A DNA stretch of 64,000 nucleotides from an uncultured Bacteroidales bacterium (GTDB taxonomy: Bacteria; Bacteroidota; Bacteroidia; Bacteroidales; UBA4417): positions 657,781 through 721,780 of the forward strand of contig CAWDHU010000015.1 in assembly GCA_963802185.1 (NCBI GenBank), in the 5' to 3' direction. Of this stretch, positions 20,751-30,801 are shown piece by piece. The first letter of the stretch is position 1. Every line of letters starts with the position of its first letter. A program made the translations under genes and the position numbers. Below the pieces are notes generated by a model. That model searched no databases. It was not told the DNA's origin and saw only the letters and a program-made list of their open reading frames with translations.

Positions 20751-23139
20751 ATGAAGAAAGTTAGAAATATTTTCAGGCATCTTATTCGCCGGGGATTGAC
20801 CACTTCGTTTGTGTTGATCAGTTTTACGTTGGCCTTTAGCTGTTGCATTTTAGTGTACCTTTTTGTTGCCGATGAGTTGTCATTCGATAAGCACAATGCA
20901 AATTTTGCCCATATCTACCGACTAAACCTACAGTCGAAAGACAAAACTTATAAGAGTTGTTCGTTCCCGGCTGTTTTCGAGGAAAAGTTCATCAAAATTC
21001 CGGGTATTGAAAAGTACGCAAGGCTTCAGTCCTATATGGGGGAAAATTTTATTTCGATTGATAATACAACTTTTACAGCAACCAGTTTCTTGTTTGCCGA
21101 TCCAGAAATCCTTGATATTCTTCAATTTGATTTCCTTATGGGCAACCCTAAAGAAGCTTTGGCGAAGCCGTTGAATGTTATAATCAGCCAATCGACTGCG
21201 CAAAAATATTTTGGCAATACCAATCCAATAGGAAAGATAATCAGGCAGGACGATCAGGATTTTACGGTTTCAGCAGTTGTGAAAGACCTGCCCAGGCAAT
21301 CGCATTTTACCATGAATTTCCTTGCCCCTGTGGCGAGCTATCAGATAAAAAACGACGACTTGCTTACAAAATGGTACATACAAGCTTTCCGTTTCTATTT
21401 GCTGATCCCGGATGGGGTAAACAAGAAGGAAGTAGAAACCCAATTAGCCAATCTTTATGCCGAAGGGAATGGAATTGACAAAAACAAGCGGGAGTTTGAT
21501 ATGTACCTGGAGCCTTTAAGTGATATTCATCTGAAGTCGGTTGGCACACGTTGGGATAACGCCATTAAAGGCGATATTCAAGTAGTTTATGGATTGTGTA
21601 TCGTTGCGTTGCTCATTCTGGGAATAGCCATTGCCAACTACATCAATATGCTGACCGCCGATTGCCGGCGAAAAGCAAAAGAAACCAGCATACAACGGGT
21701 GAATGGAGCTTCAGGATATAACATTATTGCCGATCAGGTTCTTGAAACATCGATTTTCCTTCTGTTTGCCTTTCTGTTGTCAATGGTATTAACTTTTCAG
21801 ATGTTGCCGGTTGTCAATAACTTAAGCGGCAAATTATTGTCGGTTAATTGGTCGGTGCTGATACCCGGCCTGGCTTTGCTTGCCACGTCCATCATTTTAT
21901 CTGCCATCTATCCAATACTATTCCTGAATTCCATAAAACCTGTTGAAGCCCTTAAAAACCAGATCAACATCATCAAGGTTAAAAGTCAGCAAAAACAGCA
22001 ATGGTTAAGAGGCGCTCTGGTTACCTTCCAATTGGCCATAGCCACCCTGTTAATTGCTTCAACTATTGTGATCAACAACCAGCTACAGTTGGTTATGAAT
22101 GCAAAAACAGGCTTCGATAAAGAAAATACCCTTATCGTTTACAACCCGTATACTGAAGGTATGAATGAACGTTATGATCTGTTCAGGCAAAAACTGAGCA
22201 ATGTGCCCATGATAAAAAGTATCGGTGTTGCACAAAATGCCCCTGGCAATACCATCAATAATTTTTCTCCTGCCTGGTTGCCTGATCAGAAAAATCAAAA
22301 AGCTGACCTTGGCCAAATTTCCGTTGACTACGATTTTCTGCAAACAATAGGTGCAAAATTTGTGGCTGGCCGCAATTTCGACATCAATGTTGCAAGCGAT
22401 AAAACAACAGGGATGATCATTAACCAATCAGCCGTTAGAGCGCTCAATTTAACCGATCCTATAGGTAAAAAAATTGTCGTCCAGAACAATGTTGATACTC
22501 CCAACAATGAACTTGAGGTAATTGGAGTGATCGAAGACATGCAATATTTCACCCTGCGTGAAGCTTCGAAACCAGTAATGTACTATATCAAGGATTGGGG
22601 CAGGTATGAAATTGCCTTGAAACTGGGCAGCGGTAATTATTCTGCAACATTAAAGCAGATTGAAACCATCTGGAAAGAAATAGCTCCTCAATGGCCAATT
22701 CAGCTACCAGTTTTTGGATGAAAGAATCAACAATAATTACAGATCGGAAATAAACACGGGAAAAATAATAACCGGGCTGTCAGGCATTTCCATTTTCCTT
22801 TCCATTCTGGGAATATTGGGTATGATCCTGATTACCATACAGCAACGCACCAAGGAGATTGGAATCCGCAAGGTGAATGGTGCCCAAATCTCCGAAGTAT
22901 TGATGATGCTGAACAAAGACTTTGTAAAATGGGTAGCCATTGCTTTTGTAATTGCCACGCCCATTGCGTGGTATGCTATGCACAAATGGCTCGAAAACTT
23001 TGCCTACAAAACTGAATTGAGCTGGTGGATTTTTGCCTTGGCAGGATTAATTGCATTGGGAATTTCATTGCTTACTGTGAGTTGGCAAAGTTGGAAAGCG
23101 GCCACAAGGAATCCGGTAGAGGCGTTGAGATATGAATAA
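20751..23139 (+). pseudogene. MacB-like FtsX-domain ABC permease paralog (~796 aa), one frameshift near 22701-22705
   Basis: ORFs 20751..22721 and 22714..23139 join as ...WPIQ/YQFLDERINNNY. The C-terminus is almost identical to that of the preceding paralog (EIGIRKVNGAQISEV...AATRNPVEALRYE). Confidence 0.8.
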
Positions 23140-23278
23140 CCGAGTATTTAATTTCAATGATGAAGTAATTTTAATATGTTTTCAGGTATTCATCAACCGA
23201 TCGAACATGAATTCGCATGAGTTGCCACGAAAGGCTTAACTCGATTCCGGAAAATACTCTTTTCTCGATTTAATGAAA

Positions 23279-23305
23279 GGCTGTCATTTTGTGACGGTCT
23301 TTTTC
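23279..23305 (+). terminator. Rho-independent terminator of the exporter operon
   Basis: ggctgtca-ttttg-tgacggtc followed by ttttt. Confidence 0.65.
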
Positions 23306-23369
23306 CTTTTCACGCTCCTTCTGCAACTTGATTCTTTCTTTAGCCAGCTGTAAATAGTGTCAGGGTAAT

Positions 23370-23386
23370 TGCCAATTTATTTGACA
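23370..23386 (+). promoter_or_regulatory. Candidate UAS (TGCCAA-N5-TTGACA)
   Basis: Imperfect palindrome located 53 nt upstream of the -24/-12 motif. Confidence 0.5.
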
Positions 23387-23439
23387 CATTCAAACCTCAG
23401 AAGATTTACAATACACTGATATTGAGCATATAAAGCTTT

Positions 23440-23455
23440 TGGCATGAATCTGGCA
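23440..23455 (+). promoter_or_regulatory. Sigma-54 (-24/-12) promoter
   Basis: TGGCATGAATCTGGCA lies 80 nt upstream of ATG 23536. Confidence 0.6.
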
Positions 23456-23535
23456 TCCAGAAATACTAAAAGACAAAATCGAAACAAAATTTAGGTTTCA
23501 AAAAAATAACTTATTTATCTTTAACACTCAAAATC

Positions 23536-24342
23536 ATGAACACAATAACCAATTATCAGGAATCAGAAAACTTAGGAACAATCAGAAAATCTCTTTTGGC
23601 ATTACTGATGATGAAAAATAAATTGATTTTTGTATTAACATTTCTGATTTCAGTAGTGATTGTGAGGATTCTTATGATCAGATACTTTATTGATATTAGT
23701 CCCATAGTTGTTGCTATAGCTTTTATATTGATTCTACGTGATAAGTTTTCGGACTTACGTTTACGGCTGTTTAATCCTTTGTCATTCATTGTAATTATAT
23801 TAATTACTTATGTTGTATTGTTTTTAACGATTTCTAATTCAGTCCTACTTTAAATTCAGTGAATTTTCGTTCATTACTGATAAAGGTACAATAATAGGAT
23901 ATTTTTTGTCTGCAATAATTATGTGGGATTTACAGAGGAAACTGCCTGGCGTGGTTATTTATTTAGCAAATTAAAAGATTTGACCTGGTTTCAAATTACG
24001 ATAATTATTAACCTGATTTGGGCAATCTGGCATATCCCATCTCATTTTAATGTCCTTGAGGGTCATATCTGGATAAGTTTTCCTTTATTTATTGTGACGT
24101 GTTTTGAGCTTGGAATCATTATGCAATATTTGAGAGTAAAGACAGATTCTGTTATTCCATGTATTCTTTTTCATGCATTATTTATATTTCCATTAATGTT
24201 GGCTGGTTTAAAAACTAAAGTTTTATATTTAGGGAGTTTTCCATACATTATTATGTTACTGTTGTTGTTGCCAATAACTATTTATTGCTATAGAGCAGGA
24301 CAAAGAATCCATGAAAAACAAAACAACAGGGCAAAACGATAG
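23536..24342 (+). pseudogene. CPBP-family (CAAX/Abi-like) intramembrane glutamic protease, two frame disruptions
   Basis: The N-terminal TM part is ORF 23536..23853 and the catalytic part is ORF 23923..24342. The catalytic part carries EExxxR (FTEETAWRG), FxxxH (AIWHIP) and a later FHALF. The linking segment reads only in another frame (KFSEFSFITDKGTIIGYFLSAII, 23852-23922). Confidence 0.65.
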
Positions 24343-24494
24343 CACAATGCTTAATTTCGCGCCAAACTAACCCCCAAAAAAGCTTTGGCTAAGCCCTTGA
24401 TGTTATCCTAAACCGACCGGCCATGAAGTCGAATGATTTGCCGCGACAGGCTCAACCCTATTCCTAGAAATAATCTGACCTCGAATTAATGAAA

Positions 24495-24522
24495 GACTGT
24501 CACTTAATGACGGTCTTTTTTT
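24495..24522 (+). terminator. Rho-independent terminator after the CPBP gene
   Basis: gactgtca-cttaa-tgacggtc followed by ttttttt. Confidence 0.65.
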
Positions 24523-24587
24523 CTTTTCACGCACCTTCTATTACTTGATTCTTTCTTTAGCCATCTGTAAAATATCACCAGGGTAAT

Positions 24588-24604
24588 TGTCAATTTATTT
24601 GACA
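24588..24604 (+). promoter_or_regulatory. Candidate UAS, perfect palindrome TGTCAA-N5-TTGACA
   Basis: tgtcaatttatttgaca lies 53 nt upstream of the -24/-12 motif. Confidence 0.55.
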
Positions 24605-24657
24605 CATTCAAACCTTAACAACTTCGCAACACACTGATAATGAAGAAATAAAATTTT

Positions 24658-24673
24658 TGGCATGAATCTGGCA
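24658..24673 (+). promoter_or_regulatory. Sigma-54 (-24/-12) promoter
   Basis: TGGCATGAATCTGGCA lies 81 nt upstream of ATG 24755. Confidence 0.6.
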
Positions 24674-24754
24674 TCCTGAAATACTACAAGACAAAATGAA
24701 AACAAACAACAGGTTTAGAAAACAAAAACATATTAATCTTAAACCCTTAAAATC

Positions 24755-27233
24755 ATGACAACAACAATCAATTATCATCAATCAGAAAACCGGGGAACAA
24801 TCAGAAAATCTCTTTTGGCATTACTGATGATAGTTTTGTTTACAACACTGGCTTTCAGTCAGAAACTTATCACAAACCGTAAGAGGCACTATACTTGATG
24901 CCGACAGTAAATTGCCGCTGATAGGCGCTACAGTTATAATACCTGGTACCGACCCGTTAATTGGTGCGACAACTGATTTAGACGGTAAGTTCAGACTGGA
25001 AAACATACCAATAGGCAGAATTACAATCCAATTGTCCTACATGGGTTACGATCCTGTAACAATTCCAAACATTGAAGTGAATTCGGGTAAGGAGGTCGTT
25101 TTAAATCAAAGCATGCAGGAATCGGCAATAAAACTGGATGAAATTGTAGTATCGGGCCGAAAAAAAGGAGAAGCAATAAACGACATGTCTCAGTTAAGTT
25201 TACATTCCATTACACTTGAAGAAACTAAACGTTTTACCGGGGGAATGGACGATCCTGCCCGCGTAGTTTCCAGTTTTGCAGGAGTAGCCAGTACGCCCAA
25301 TGGCAGCAGCGATATTATAGTACGCGGAAATTCACCCAAATACATGCAATGGCGTTTGGAAGGAGCAGAAATTTCGAGTCCTTACCATATGGATGATCAA
25401 AATGCTTCGTTTGGAGCCCTTACAGCCCTGAATAATAATTTATTAGCCACCTCCGATTTTTATACAGGGGCTTTTTCGTCAGAATATGGCGATGCATTAT
25501 CGTGTGTTTACGATGTAAAACTCCGGTCGGGAAATAACGAAAAGTTTGAAGCAACCGGCGGGATTGGCTTAATGGGTACAGAACTTACCCTTGAAGGTCC
25601 GCTTAAAAAGGGATATGCAGGCTCATGCCTGTTTAATTACAGGTACTCTACAATTTCGCTGATTAAAGAGCTGGGGCTGGTGGATGTGCCCGGAGGTGTG
25701 AATTACCAGGATGCAACCTTTAAAGTAGTTCTGCCTACTAAAAAAACAGGTACTTTTTCCATCTATGGGTTGGGTGGTTTAAGTGGTGTTTCAATGGAGA
25801 ATATGGGGCCAACAGGCCTGTCAACACCAGGCAGACCAGTCACAAACGCTCTTGTCAGCCGAGATTTTTACAAGGCAAATTATCTGGCTAATCTTGGAAT
25901 GAACCATGTTTTATCGCTTAACGAAAAAAGCTTTATTAAAACGTCATTTAATTATTCGGGAACTGGTATGGACGATGATATTTATGAGAAGGATACAATA
26001 AAAACATATAACAATATTGATGAATTTACTGGTGATTCCATTTCTCCCAGAACACAAATGCTTCAAGGCAGGATTGTGAATTCAGCAATCAGGGGGGCAA
26101 CTACTTACAGCAATAAAATCGATGAAAAAAATAAAATTCAAATAGGTACAAAATACACGCTTTATAACTTCAATTACAATCAAAACATCTATAGCAGTGA
26201 GGTAGATTCCATGGTTAACGTAAATGACTTTAAAAATAATTTAAGTACAATAAATAATTTTATAAACTGGAAACACAGCTTTAATGATAAAATGGTTGTT
26301 GTGGCAGGTATACATAACATGAATGTTTTAAACAAAAATATAAGCACGATTGAACCAAGATTAAGTATTAACTGGAATATGAATGAAACCAATTCGCTGC
26401 ATGCAGGATACGGTATGCACAGCACCACAGAAAGTATACATAATTATTTTACAAAAATCCCGCAAGCAGATGGCAGTTTTATTGAGCCAAATAAAAATCT
26501 CGGATTGTTAAAAGCCCATCATTATGTATTGGGCTATGAAAAACGCTTCACGGAAAATTTAGTGGGGAAAATTGAGGTTTACTACCAGTCGCTTTACAAT
26601 TTGCCGGTCGAAAATAACGACAGCAGTTATTATTGCACCATTAACGAGGGCATCGATTTTAAATATGTTGAACTGGTTAATAAAGGCACAGGTAAAAACT
26701 ACGGCGTGGAAATGTCCATCGAACGGTTTTTTGATAATAATTTCTACTTTTTGCTAAATGGATCGTTATTCGATTCGAAATACAAATCCTTGGAAGGAGT
26801 GTGGCGAAATACCCGGTATAATAACAAATATATTGTAAATATTTTAGGTGGAAAAGAGTTTAAAAATCTTGGTAAAAAACAAAACCAGACCCTGGCAGTA
26901 AATACGAAAATATTCTTCGAAGGTGGCCAACGGTATATTCCGCTTCTGAGAGATGCCCAGGGAAATGTAGCTGTTGAACCCGAAAACGACAGATATTTTG
27001 ACTATAGCAAAGCATATAATGATAAACTTGACAACATATTTTACCTGAATTTATCGGTCAGCTACAAGTTAAATAAACCCAGGGCTACACATGAAATTTT
27101 TCTGGATCTGATGAACCTTACAAACAATCAGGCCAGAATGACTGAATATTATGATGAGAGCAAACCTGACAAAGTTGGCTATACTACTTCATTTGGATTT
27201 TTCCCAAACTTAATGTACCGGGTATATTTTTAA
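24755..27233 (+). pseudogene. TonB-dependent receptor (CarboxypepD_reg-like domain, plug, barrel) with a frameshift just after the signal peptide (~24866-24870)
   Basis: ATG 24755 encodes MTTTINYHQSENRGTIRKSLLALLMIVLFTTLAFSQKL and then stops. The main ORF (listed as 24912..27233) is open further upstream as SQTVRGTILDADSKLPLIGATVII. The C-terminus NLMYRVYF is typical of a TBDR. Confidence 0.8.
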
Positions 27234-27263
27234 GATTGTTAAAACGCGCAAACTCAAAATGCA

Positions 27264-28544
27264 ATGAAAATTTTCCTTATTTCTTTACTGATTCTTATTC
27301 CCGGTATTCTTACTGCCCAGGAATGTAAGATTGATTTGCGCAACTTGGCACAACCGGATATTACTATGAGCCAGTTAAATAAATTCGGTCAGAGCAAAAT
27401 TTTTAAAATTGTTTTATCTGAAGGTTTTGATACCATAGCCAATAAGGATATTATCAATCAGTTATCGCAATGGTTTTTAAATCAGAACTCCCAGATTGAC
27501 ATAATAAATGTTAACGACGTTAAAAAGCTAGAGGATAGCTGCCACTATCTGATTATTGGCTTAACACGCAAACTAAATGATCTTTCGGTTTTTGATTTAC
27601 CCGTAAAGATTAACGATAACAAATGTACCCTTGGAACAATTGAACTTACAGAAGATTGCGATGCAATAACAGTGACTAACGAAAAGGCAAACTGTACAGC
27701 TGTAATTGGTAATTCATACGAAGCGTTAAGGTATATGTCATCCGGGCGTTTTCTGGGATTATATGATTATTATATTCTCAGGAATAATAAAATGGGCTAT
27801 CTGGGTAATTTGAAGGAAAATAAATTTACAGCAGATAGCCTTGTGGATTTGGCACTTATCCGAATTAAAAACTACACTCAAACAATTGATAATAAATATA
27901 TAGAATCTTGTTTTTCGTGTAAATACAAAACGGTTAGCCAGTTTCAGGGTTCGATAGATGCCTTAATAGATTCATTTGATAATTTCTGCAGGCTTTATGA
28001 AGTAGAGAAACCATCCCAAAAACTAAAATTCTTTATACATAGTGATCAACTGGAGATAAATATCGTCAGCGGTGACCCAAAACCCGGTTCGACCGGAGGA
28101 ATCGTGATCGACAGTCTGATTCATACAGTTGGGTTAGATGAGGAGCTGTTAACACATGAAGGAGTTCATTATATATTTAATTCCAATTTAAAGAGTCCAA
28201 ATGCTTTTTTTAACGAAGGTATTCCTTTGTCTTTTGCGTTGTTTCAACATTCTGAGCGTATCACGAATGATTGTAAATTAATTCAAGACAATTTAGAAAT
28301 AGAAGATTTAGTAACCGGAAAAACAGGATTCTGGAACGCACCATATAAAAACGGGCAATGTTTATCATATCCAATATCAGGCCTTTTTGTAAAATTCTTA
28401 CTGGATAAATATGGGATTGAAAAGTTAAAGAGATATTATCAATTTTCGGATGTAGCTGAAGGCTTTAAGGCTGTTTATAATGCAGAACTCCCAATAATGG
28501 TAAAAGAATGGAAAAATTATGTGCTGAAAAATATTTCTAGTTAA
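27264..28544 (+). CDS. Secreted HExxH protein, peptidase-MA-like (putative zincin)
   Basis: Signal peptide (LLILIPGILTAQ). Motif THEGVHYIF followed 15 residues later by NEGIPLSFA, which resembles the HExxH...EG arrangement of MA-clan peptidases. Confidence 0.45.
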   Translation: MKIFLISLLILIPGILTAQECKIDLRNLAQPDITMSQLNKFGQSKIFKIVLSEGFDTIANKDIINQLSQWFLNQNSQIDIINVNDVKKLEDSCHYLIIGLTRKLNDLSVFDLPVKINDNKCTLGTIELTEDCDAITVTNEKANCTAVIGNSYEALRYMSSGRFLGLYDYYILRNNKMGYLGNLKENKFTADSLVDLALIRIKNYTQTIDNKYIESCFSCKYKTVSQFQGSIDALIDSFDNFCRLYEVEKPSQKLKFFIHSDQLEINIVSGDPKPGSTGGIVIDSLIHTVGLDEELLTHEGVHYIFNSNLKSPNAFFNEGIPLSFALFQHSERITNDCKLIQDNLEIEDLVTGKTGFWNAPYKNGQCLSYPISGLFVKFLLDKYGIEKLKRYYQFSDVAEGFKAVYNAELPIMVKEWKNYVLKNISS

Positions 28545-28574
28545 AAAGAAAGAAAATTAAATAACAAGATTGCC

Positions 28575-29291
28575 ATGAAAATCGAAACAATTAAAACGAA
28601 AGGTTTTGCAATTTCAGTTATTGCATTTCCGGTAATGTTGCTCGCAGGGTTTTTAATGCACCCTAATCTCCTGAAGCTGGAGGCGCTGCAAACGGTTGAA
28701 CAACTGGTTGGAAGGTTTCATAATCAGCCTATATACCACATCGGGCACTTAATTGTAATGTTTACCGTCCCTGTCATAATGATAGCTTTGATTAGTTTCA
28801 TGAATGTATTGAACGGAACAGGCAAAAAGTTAGGTTTTTGGGGTGGAATAATAGGTTTGTTTGGAGCATTCATCTTAGCAGTCGATAAAGGCGCTTTATG
28901 TTTGGTGCTTTCGGCATTCGATACCTTGCCGGAAGATCAGTTTAAGGAGTTCGTTCCATTCCTCAGTGTTATTGTAAACAAAGCAGGAATGCTTTGGGTG
29001 GTTTGGCTGTTGCCATTATTGCCGGTTGGAGCAGCCATACAGGCATTCGGGCTGATGAAAGAGAAATTTATCAGCAAATGGCAGGGCGTATGTATTATTG
29101 TCGGCCTTCTGTTGTTGAACAACCCCGATATAGAATTAATCAGCTCCATCGGCGCTTTGCTGATGTGCGCGGGATATATTCCGTGGGGTGTTAGAATTCT
29201 TCAGGGAAGAATGAAATGTTTCTCAATAACTTGCCCTATATACGACACAAAAAAAGATAGAAACTTTAAATGCCTGAAGCCATGTGGATAG
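28575..29291 (+). CDS. Polytopic membrane protein with a Cys-rich C-terminal tail
   Basis: About 6 hydrophobic segments. The tail is CFSITCPIYDTKKDRNFKCLKPCG. Confidence 0.45.
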   Translation: MKIETIKTKGFAISVIAFPVMLLAGFLMHPNLLKLEALQTVEQLVGRFHNQPIYHIGHLIVMFTVPVIMIALISFMNVLNGTGKKLGFWGGIIGLFGAFILAVDKGALCLVLSAFDTLPEDQFKEFVPFLSVIVNKAGMLWVVWLLPLLPVGAAIQAFGLMKEKFISKWQGVCIIVGLLLLNNPDIELISSIGALLMCAGYIPWGVRILQGRMKCFSITCPIYDTKKDRNFKCLKPCG

Positions 29292-29428
29292 TTATTGGAA
29301 TAGTTACCATTTGGACGATAATTAAACGAAAGCAAAAAGGGAAAAGTGATGGATTAAACCACACTGTTGACAGCGTCAAAGCCTGACAGAAAGAAACCAA
29401 TGTTCACAATTTTATAAACAAAACGACA

Positions 29429-30697
29429 ATGAAAAATATAACACATATTCTTTTCCTGCTTCTTATAGCACAACTTTCATTCGCCCAATCCAACGAAAAA
29501 ACGAAAATATTTATAGAATGTACAAACTCATGGCTTTGCGATTTTGATTACCTGCGAACCGAATTAAGCATGGTTGATTTTGTGCGTGACCGATTTATGT
29601 CCGATGTACATGTGCAGGTAAATACACAATTCAACAGTTCGGGCAGCGAGCAAAACACCGTTATATTTAAAGGCCAGAATACTTTTTTGAATCAGGACGA
29701 CACGCTTGCTTATTTTAATGAATCCACGTTGAGTGAAGATGAGAAAAGAAAAAAAATGGCAAAAAGCATAACCCTGGGTTTGATAAAATACATTTCACAT
29801 ACCGAAGCCGCTAATAACATTGTAATTACCTACAACAAGCCTTCAAATACAGATACAGTTAATTCTGTGAAACAAACAGATCCATGGAATTATTGGATAA
29901 TAAGTTTGGGTGCAAGCGGTTTTTTTAACGGCGATGCAAATTATAAATCTCAGAGCATCAATGGTTATATGTTTGCTGACCGGGAAACTGAAGAAACAAA
30001 AACTAACATTGGCGTATCTTATAATTACAGTAAAAACGAGTTTGTGATTTCTGACGAAGAAACAGTAGTAAATGTAAAACCACAAACAAACGGATATGTA
30101 AATTTTATAAATAAAATAAATCAGCATTGGGGCTATGGGATATTCAGCACCTATGTAAATAGCGAATTTTCCAATTATGACATCAAGCTAAGTGTAATTC
30201 CTAAAGTTGAATATGATGTTTTTAAGTACAAAGACTTTAATAATCAGCGCGTTGTAATTAATTATGGTTTGGGAATTCAGTACAATAATTATAAAGACAC
30301 CACCCTGTTCTTCAAAACAGAAGAATCTTTGTTGGTTCAGAATGCAGCTGTTATAAGTTCCTTTAACAAACCGTGGGGAAGTATAAATGTTGGGGCATTC
30401 TACAACAGCTATCTGCACGACCTTACTAAATATTCACTTTCCTTTTCCGGTGCTGTTAACTGGAATATTTTTAAGGGACTAAAATTTGCTGTTGGTGGCA
30501 GTTATGATATTACCCATAACTTAATTCAGCTTTCGAAGGAGGGTGCTTCCCGTGACGAGGTTCTGCTGCAGCAAAAGCAACTTGAAAGTCAGTACAGCTA
30601 TTTTTTCGGAGTAGGTATAAGTTACCAGTTTGGAAGCAAGTTTAACAATTACATTAATCCTGCTTTTAAAGGCTTAAGTTGGGGACTAAGCTTTTAA
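29429..30697 (+). CDS. Putative outer-membrane beta-barrel protein
   Basis: Signal peptide (LLLIAQLSFAQ), alternating aromatic/Gly/Asn beta-strand pattern, and a C-terminal ...SWGLSF. Confidence 0.5.
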   Translation: MKNITHILFLLLIAQLSFAQSNEKTKIFIECTNSWLCDFDYLRTELSMVDFVRDRFMSDVHVQVNTQFNSSGSEQNTVIFKGQNTFLNQDDTLAYFNESTLSEDEKRKKMAKSITLGLIKYISHTEAANNIVITYNKPSNTDTVNSVKQTDPWNYWIISLGASGFFNGDANYKSQSINGYMFADRETEETKTNIGVSYNYSKNEFVISDEETVVNVKPQTNGYVNFINKINQHWGYGIFSTYVNSEFSNYDIKLSVIPKVEYDVFKYKDFNNQRVVINYGLGIQYNNYKDTTLFFKTEESLLVQNAAVISSFNKPWGSINVGAFYNSYLHDLTKYSLSFSGAVNWNIFKGLKFAVGGSYDITHNLIQLSKEGASRDEVLLQQKQLESQYSYFFGVGISYQFGSKFNNYINPAFKGLSWGLSF

Positions 30698-30801
30698 TTC
30701 CTAATTTTATAATTCAAACAAATAAGATTATTGCTTTTGTAGTTCGTAAAAGTGTTGGCATTAAAATCGGGACGGACCATCAAACTTAAATAACAGATAA
30801 T

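Larger units (their letters stand above)
23195..23612 (+). repeat. Copy 1 of a ~420 bp direct repeat (terminator, UAS, sigma-54 promoter, 5'UTR, first 26 codons)
   Basis: It aligns base for base, with scattered substitutions, to 24411..24831. Confidence 0.85.
24411..24831 (+). repeat. Copy 2 of the ~420 bp direct repeat
   Basis: See 23195..23612. Confidence 0.85.

Noticed and set aside
23536-23853. An independent 105-aa membrane protein
   Set aside because: It is better explained as the N-terminal TM portion of the frame-disrupted CPBP protease whose catalytic motifs lie in 23923..24342.
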